NCBI GenBank assembly: GCA_905178155.1
Contig: CAJINV010000002.1
Coordinates: 4,527,538-4,591,537 of the forward strand
Direction of reading: 5' to 3'
DNA from: Amoebophrya sp. A120
Lineage: Eukaryota; Protista; Dinoflagellata
Length of the DNA stretch: 64,000 nucleotides
Below are positions 60,001 through 64,000 of the stretch, in pieces. Below the pieces are notes generated by a model. It had not been told where the DNA came from and did not search any database. It was given only the letters and a program-made list of their open reading frames with translations. The position numbers and the translations under genes were made by a program. Numbering within the stretch: the stretch's first letter is position 1; each line of letters starts with the position of its first letter.

Positions 60001-63000
60001 CGAGAGAACAAGAGGAAGCTTTTGCTTACGTGGTTTCGCAGACCATGTTTGGCAATTTGGTGACGCGGGGAAGCATCCTCGTGGGCGTGTTCACGGCACC
60101 CGCCTTGAAAAAACTACATCTCGAGTACTACCAGGCACATATCAACCGCAAATACGTCTCAGTCTGGAAGAATGCAAGGTTTGTCATGCATGTTTTGCAT
60201 GACCCACGATGCCTGTAATGCATGACCTAGCATCGCAGATTTGTAGAAGGCTTCCTGATGCCTATTGCGCATGACAACTGCTCTCCCCGCGTAGCACAAA
60301 GTGGGCTCCTCTTGCTGGTCATGCAATAAAAATCTTTTTAGAATCCACACACAGCATCACAAGTTGCAACCTTCCAGACATCCAGGGACATTTGCCATGC
60401 ATAGCACACCTGCTGTCCCAGATTCGCAGCAACACCGCTTTCTATCCTGAGTAGAAACGTCCCCACCCAGAGTTGTCATGCGAGTGTGCAATGACAGAAA
60501 CATTTGTAATCCGCAGTTCCATGAGAGGCATTTCCAATCGTGTTCTGGAATTTGTAATGCTGTAAACAGGATGAGAAAATGGCTTTTTCATGCAGCTTCC
60601 CTTGCCAACCAGCACTACACTGCAGAGGGAAACTTGTCATGCACAGTTCCCAAAACTTGCAGATTTGTGATGCTAGAACCCCAACTTGACTATGGGGTGG
60701 GGGCGTTTTTGCTTAGGATACTTTCTGGGGCTACCTCAGCACTCTCAAACCGGCCGGCCACCAGCTGTGGGAGGACTTGGTCCAGCACCAACGGGAAAAA
60801 TATCCAAGAAAAAAACTTTGTTAGTGTAAATTTGTGATGCGCAACATGCAAATTGATTGCGCCTGTCATGCTATGCCTGCATTGTAGGGTCCATACAAGG
60901 GCGTTTTCACGTACTATCTGCGCATGAAGACAGGTTTTTGCTGTCATGCATGAGAAGATAACTGTCATGCTAATCCTCCAAGAATAAAGTTACACCTGCA
61001 AAGATATTTTTCCTTGGATAGAAAAGGCAGCGCGTTTGTTAAAGACCCTGCACAGGAGAAGCAGGCCGAGACGCGGCGGAAAAACCGAAAGCTGCGGAAG
61101 AAGAGGGGCTACCTCCTGGTCCCCCACATGTACCCGCGGCGGCTCCAACCCTCGAAGAACAAGAAAAAGGCGGGTGGTCACCATAGCGCCGCCCAGCTAT
61201 CGGCATTCCTGGAGAAGCCCACCGTGCCCCGGCGCCGCTTTGAGAAGCCGCATCCGCTGTTCGAAAAACCAATGCCGATCAGGAGCCTGATGAGGGGCGG
61301 GTTCCTGGAGGTGAAGGAAGCGCGAAGACTACAGAGGGAGCGCCAGAAGAAAGAACGGCGCGGCGAGCCGGGATCGTCGTCACGAGAGGAGGACGCAGCT
61401 GGAGCAAAAGCTGCTGGAGGGGACTTGGTGGAGGACCGCCAGCAGCAGGATATTAAGACTCACCCTTCGAACCCGAAAGTAGAAGGGTCCTCCTCCTCGT
61501 CTCATAACTCTATCATCGAGCAGATTTTGAGTTATGATGAAATGGAGCGAGAAATCAGGGTGGTGGTGAACCGCGAGCACTTGCTGTGGGTGCAGCGCTA
61601 TGAACTGCAAAAGTATCGCACTTGCGTAAATGCATTACAAATTTTCTCGGCGTGAGAAATAGAATTTGTAATGCGGATTTACGCTAAGAAAACAAATTTG
61701 TAATGCATGACTGCAGCAATGCGAGTAGGATACTTTTGCAATGCACAAGCGCGGAACGTCGGCCCCCGCCTTCGATTTTTTGAACAGGCCGCTCGGGAGC
61801 TTGCACAACGAATTTTTTGGACATATGGGATTCTCAAATGTTACACTCTCAACTGTTGTAACATGGATTTGTCATGCAAAAACGCTACTGCAACTGGTCT
61901 TCTTTCACCCGATCAAGCCTTCTCTGCATGACAACTTCTCGACGTGCTAAATAGCACTTCTAAAATCCGTTCCAAATCTGTAATGCAAAAGGCGCAATCC
62001 TCCTCCTTTAACTTTTGCCATTCGTGCATTACAAATCCATGCAACAGCTGAGAACCTAACAGCTGAGAATCCCATAGGACACCGAGGTGTCGAGGCCAAG
62101 GACAAACTGGTGATGCTGGACCCCTCCGTATCGCAAGAAGAAACTGTTATCACTGTGAACTTGTGATGCAGAAAATGGAACGCAGAACTATTTGTCTTGC
62201 CACAACACCTGCATAGAGCATTGGAGTTTCAACCGTGTTTATTTCTCCTATGCCATAGGAGAAATAAACACGTATGGGATGAAATGCGCGCATGACAAAT
62301 TTTCAGTGTCATGTGTAAGAAACATGTGATGCAGATCTTGCAAAATCATCACAGTGATGGAACAGGTTTTTCGTGGGATGCTCCACATTTTATCGAGATT
62401 ACGACGCAGCCCCACGGAAGGCGGGCGGCCACGAGAGTGCAGCCATCAATCTGATCGGTCGCGTCGGTCGCGTGATTCTATGACAGTGCACAACCCCCCC
62501 TCCCCCTCATTGATTTGTATTGCATGAACAGCAATACAAGCGTCAGCAAGAATACTGGTTTTGCATGACAAATTTGGACAGGAGTGTGGTGCTATTTGGG
62601 CTGCCAGAGCTTGTCATGCAAACAGTGCCAAGAGCCGAGGCGTAAATTAGGCACTTTGCATGACAAATGAGGGGGAGGGGGAGTTGTGCACTTTCATAGA
62701 TTCGCGACGGGAGCTACACCAACAGGCGGATGTTTGAGCACCAAGCGGTGTCCACTATGGGGTTCTCAAATGTTACATTCTCAACTGTTACATAAATTTG
62801 TGATGCAAGAATGGGAAAAGTGAAAGGGAGAAGCTTGTACCTGTAGCATTACAAATTACGAACAGATTTAGGCGCTGTTTAGCCCTTCGCAAATTTGTCA
62901 TGCCAAGCAGCTTGATCGTGTAGATGATGATGGTGCTTTTGCATGACAAATCCATGTAACAGCTGAGAGCGTAACGCTTGAGAACCTCATATCCACCTTT

Positions 63001-64000
63001 TTGGACTTGCAGCCCATCGAGTTTTGCGTGGTGGCCTTTCCCACGGGGATCAAATTTTCCAAATTGCTCGACAGGAGCAGTAGTCCTGCGCATCTTCCCC
63101 CTGGTGTTCCCGGCAATCAGCAGCAGGGCACTAGTACTAGCAAAGTGAGCGGCACAACCGCACGAGAAGGCACTCGTGATAAAAATTCCGCCAATAGCAA
63201 ACAGGAACAGTCGGAGAGCATCAAAAAGTCCCCCGCCCACGCCGATCTTTTGCGTTTTCAAGTGGAATCCAAGTCGATCTTCAGCTTGTCCCGCTATGAG
63301 GCCAGCATTTTGCTGAATCAAGCAGTGGCCAAAACGAAGCGAAAACTGGACCTGGAACCGGCACAACTGCTCGACCAAATCTGTGAAAATAGCCCCGACC
63401 TTGTTCCGCCGCCCGCATCATCTTCAAAAAGGGCCACGTCATCATCCTCAGGAAGAAACAAAAAGCGCGGAAACAAGAAAGGAGGGGCCGCGACGGCGGG
63501 CGACGCGGCGGCCCAAGGGGGCAACGCGGCGGCCCAAGAACAGGCCAGGCGGGTGGATATGCATTGCAAATATGTCTGGGTCCGGAAGGATGCAAGTTTG
63601 TCATGCTTGTCTGGGATGACTCTTAAATCTGTGACGCATGAGCAGGAAAAGGGCCTCTTGCCTGTCATGCAAAAACGCAACTTGTCATGCGATAATCGAA
63701 ATACACGTCAGCGCAAAAACAAACTTGTGAAGATGCTTGGCTGCATACTGCAGTGTGCCCACAATTCGTAGATTTGCATCACAAGTTCCCAGACCCAGAC
63801 TACATATTTGCATTTGATAGTGGACAAGAAGATACCAAAGCCGGAATTGCGGGCCAACGACGACCTGGTGCTGACCTTATGAAAGCCTCAGGTTGGGAAT
63901 CCTCAGACTGAGAGTAGTTTGCAATGCAGAAAACCACTCCAGTTTAGGCCCCACTTCTAGGGAGCGCATGACAAATTTCCCGGGCGCTCAAAGCATGTCT
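18095..64000 (+). CDS. Gene 3: giant multi-exon protein (roughly 4,900 aa within the window, continues past 64000) with several hydrophobic/TM-like segments; function unknown
   Basis: A continuous frame was reconstructed across 99 complete introners, 3 long-direct-repeat TIR elements and 1 GT-AG intron, with no stop met. It links ORF-track pieces 18095, 18591, 19078, 24647, 25185, 27268, 29453, 34704, 41094, 45565, 48656, 53371, 55767, 61014 and 63001. The true 5' start (17350-18095) is uncertain. Confidence 0.8.
20411..20561. mobile_element. Introner group D (~151 bp; TATGCAATGTAAATTTCCCGTAC...GGGAAATTTACTGTGGATA); 5 copies
   Basis: TSD GATGT/GATGT. Other copies: 18470-18621, 32765-32915, 44894-45045 (near-identical to 20411), 55602-55753 (reverse orientation). 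Confidence 0.92.
24115..24325. mobile_element. Introner group G (~210-250 bp; TIR TATC(G/C)CA(A/C)GAAAAAA...), heterogeneous; 8 copies
   Basis: TSD GATTT/GATTT. Other copies: 177-390, 23510-23745, 23818-24026, 30973-31189, 42332-42548 (reverse-orientation relative of 177-390), 60801-61020, 62129-62380. Confidence 0.88.
25540..26517. mobile_element. 978-bp non-autonomous TIR element (~68-bp TIR TATAGCGTCGTAAAAGTTGTA...) flanked by a 40-bp exact exon duplication
   Basis: The left TIR matches the reverse complement of ...TACAACTTTTACGACGCTATA. Direct repeat 25499-25538 = 26518-26557. Confidence 0.9.
26569..27297. mobile_element. 729-bp non-autonomous TIR element (~43-bp TIR AGGCCCTAAAA.ATCCA...) flanked by a 41-bp exon duplication
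   Basis: TIRs at 26569-26611 and 27255-27297. Direct repeat 26528-26568 vs 27304-27344 (1 mismatch). Confidence 0.88.
28300..28473. mobile_element. Introner group L (~164-174 bp; TIR TATCACAGG.AAAAGTG); 2 copies
   Basis: TSD AGGCA/AGGCA. Second copy 43183-43346 (TCGGG/TCGGG). Confidence 0.87.
33150..33475. mobile_element. Introner group E (~310-330 bp; TIR TATCAAAAGGAAAAATCCCCCCTCCCCATATC); 7 copies
   Basis: TSD TTCGG/TTCGG. Other copies: 22987/23257-23477 (short, interrupted), 28709-29032, 34880-35191, 38306-38637, 59022-59342, 59594-59916. Confidence 0.92.
33677..33852 (+). other. Canonical GT-AG spliceosomal intron in gene 3 (176 nt)
   Basis: GGA AG|gtact...ttacacag|G TAC CAC restores the frame. 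AT-rich with a pyrimidine tract; AG|GTAC occurs at both ends. Confidence 0.8.
33946..34721. mobile_element. ~780-bp degenerate TIR element flanked by a ~38-bp exon duplication
   Basis: CTTACAGCTTGG...GGTGAATTTCC.TTGATTTT is inverted relative to AAAATCACTGGAAATTCACC...CCAAGCTCTAAG. Direct repeat 33908-33945 vs 34722-34759 (27-bp exact core). Exact ends uncertain. Confidence 0.75.
38687..38892. mobile_element. Singleton, degenerate introner
   Basis: TATCAAACAGAA...TTCTCTCCATA, TSD GGACG/ACACG, internal GCATCACA/TTTGTAATGC motifs. The frame is restored by +5 removal. Confidence 0.75.
39391..40191. mobile_element. 801-bp MITE (~50-bp TIR AAAAGTACTCAACTCTATTTTTACTCATAGGGC...) nested in introner 39291-40272, with an inner foldback at 39564-40015
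   Basis: Near-perfect TIRs. Inner inverted arms ATCTGCAGGCTTAGCTA (39571-39587 / 39995-40011) and GAGCTTGA...GACTTGCTGGGAG. Confidence 0.85.
41493..41771. mobile_element. Introner group C (~278-315 bp; TIR TATCCTG(A/T)GTAAAAACGTCCCCAC), representative copy; 11 copies
   Basis: TSD GCGAC/GCGAC. Other copies: 12627-12904, 31561-31850, 32280-32574, 36366-36662, 37069-37376, 47473-47787, 55203-55485, 57613-57906, 58662-58946, 60443-60720. Confidence 0.92.
41829..42083. mobile_element. Introner group J (~254 bp; TIR TATAACCCGCTCAG); 2 copies
   Basis: TSD GGGCA/GGGCA. Second copy 58329-58581 (GAGCG/GAACG). Confidence 0.88.
45077..45384. mobile_element. Introner group I (~307-365 bp; TIR TATGGAnGnGTCAG...GAAAT); 3 copies
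   Basis: TSD CGCTC/CGCTC. Other copies: 29077-29441, 37393-37699. Confidence 0.88.
48169..48384. mobile_element. Introner group H (~211-303 bp; TIR TATGAnAGTGCACAAC(T/C)...CCCCCTCAT); 6 copies
   Basis: TSD GCAGG/GCAGG. Other copies: 31280-31490, 46600-46902, 56364-56604, 57260-57489, 62479-62698. Confidence 0.9.
49575..50762. mobile_element. 1,188-bp TIR element inserted in the satellite, 6-bp TSD ATGGCG
   Basis: TCAGTCGGAGGGCCCCGGGGC... / ...GCCCCGGGCCCTCCGACCGA. ATGGCG at 49569-49574 and 50763-50768 splits one satellite unit. Confidence 0.82.
50249..50410 (+). repeat. Degenerate TTTAGCAGG/TTTAGCAC short tandem repeat
   Basis: About a dozen TAGCA-centred units. Confidence 0.75.
52700..52966. 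repeat. GGGGT(G/A)TGT(C/T) 10-11-bp minisatellite with a short inverted copy at 52922-52966
   Basis: Tandem GGGGTGTGTC/CTGGGGTATGT units, followed by ACACACCCCCG/CATACCCC units. Confidence 0.8.
54119..54359. mobile_element. Introner group F (~236-266 bp; TIR TATGG(G/C)(A/G)TTCTCAA); 7 copies
   Basis: TSD CGGCA/CGGCA. Other copies: 27967-28209, 30405-30670, 36696-36934, 42792-43046, 61824-62076, 62756-62991. Confidence 0.92.
63878..64000. mobile_element. Introner truncated by the window end
   Basis: Starts TATGAAAG immediately after the coding frame (...DLVLT) and contains GCATGACAAA. Confidence 0.65.

Noticed and set aside
18470-63819. Recurrent peptides in the ORF track (MSGSGR, CAKVSYS, FQTQTF, PDPDIF, LSC) as a repeat-protein family
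   Set aside because: They are translations of introner TIRs and motifs, read through from exons on both strands.

Overview
Eukaryotic genomic DNA holding three plus-strand protein-coding genes. Their exons are interrupted by about 110 short non-autonomous elements (typically 110-365 bp; 12 TIR-defined groups plus 2 singletons). Each starts TAT(C/G/A), ends (G/C/T)ATA, has terminal inverted repeats (TIRs) and is flanked by a 5-bp target-site duplication (TSD). I traced the junctions by hand: removing each element plus one 5-nt TSD copy restores an open frame. They therefore behave as transposon-derived, mostly non-GT-AG introns (introners), resembling the IR/DR non-canonical introners reported for the parasitic dinoflagellate Amoebophrya (taxon inferred, not proven). 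Gene 1 is a 3' end (<3-470). Gene 2 (4317-14555) encodes roughly 2,800 aa with a signal-peptide-like N-terminus. Gene 3 (~18095 to beyond the window) has 100 introners and roughly 4,900 aa reconstructed so far. The most unusual features are: (1) three 0.7-1 kb TIR elements flanked by ~38-41 bp duplications of exon sequence; (2) an introner inserted into the TIR of another; (3) introners inflated to 1 kb and 4.1 kb by nested MITEs and a hairpin satellite; (4) one GCAT(G/T/C)ACAA motif shared by otherwise unrelated families; (5) orientation-independent insertion confined to coding sequence. No transposase, RNA gene or CRISPR array was found. Counts and lengths are manual.
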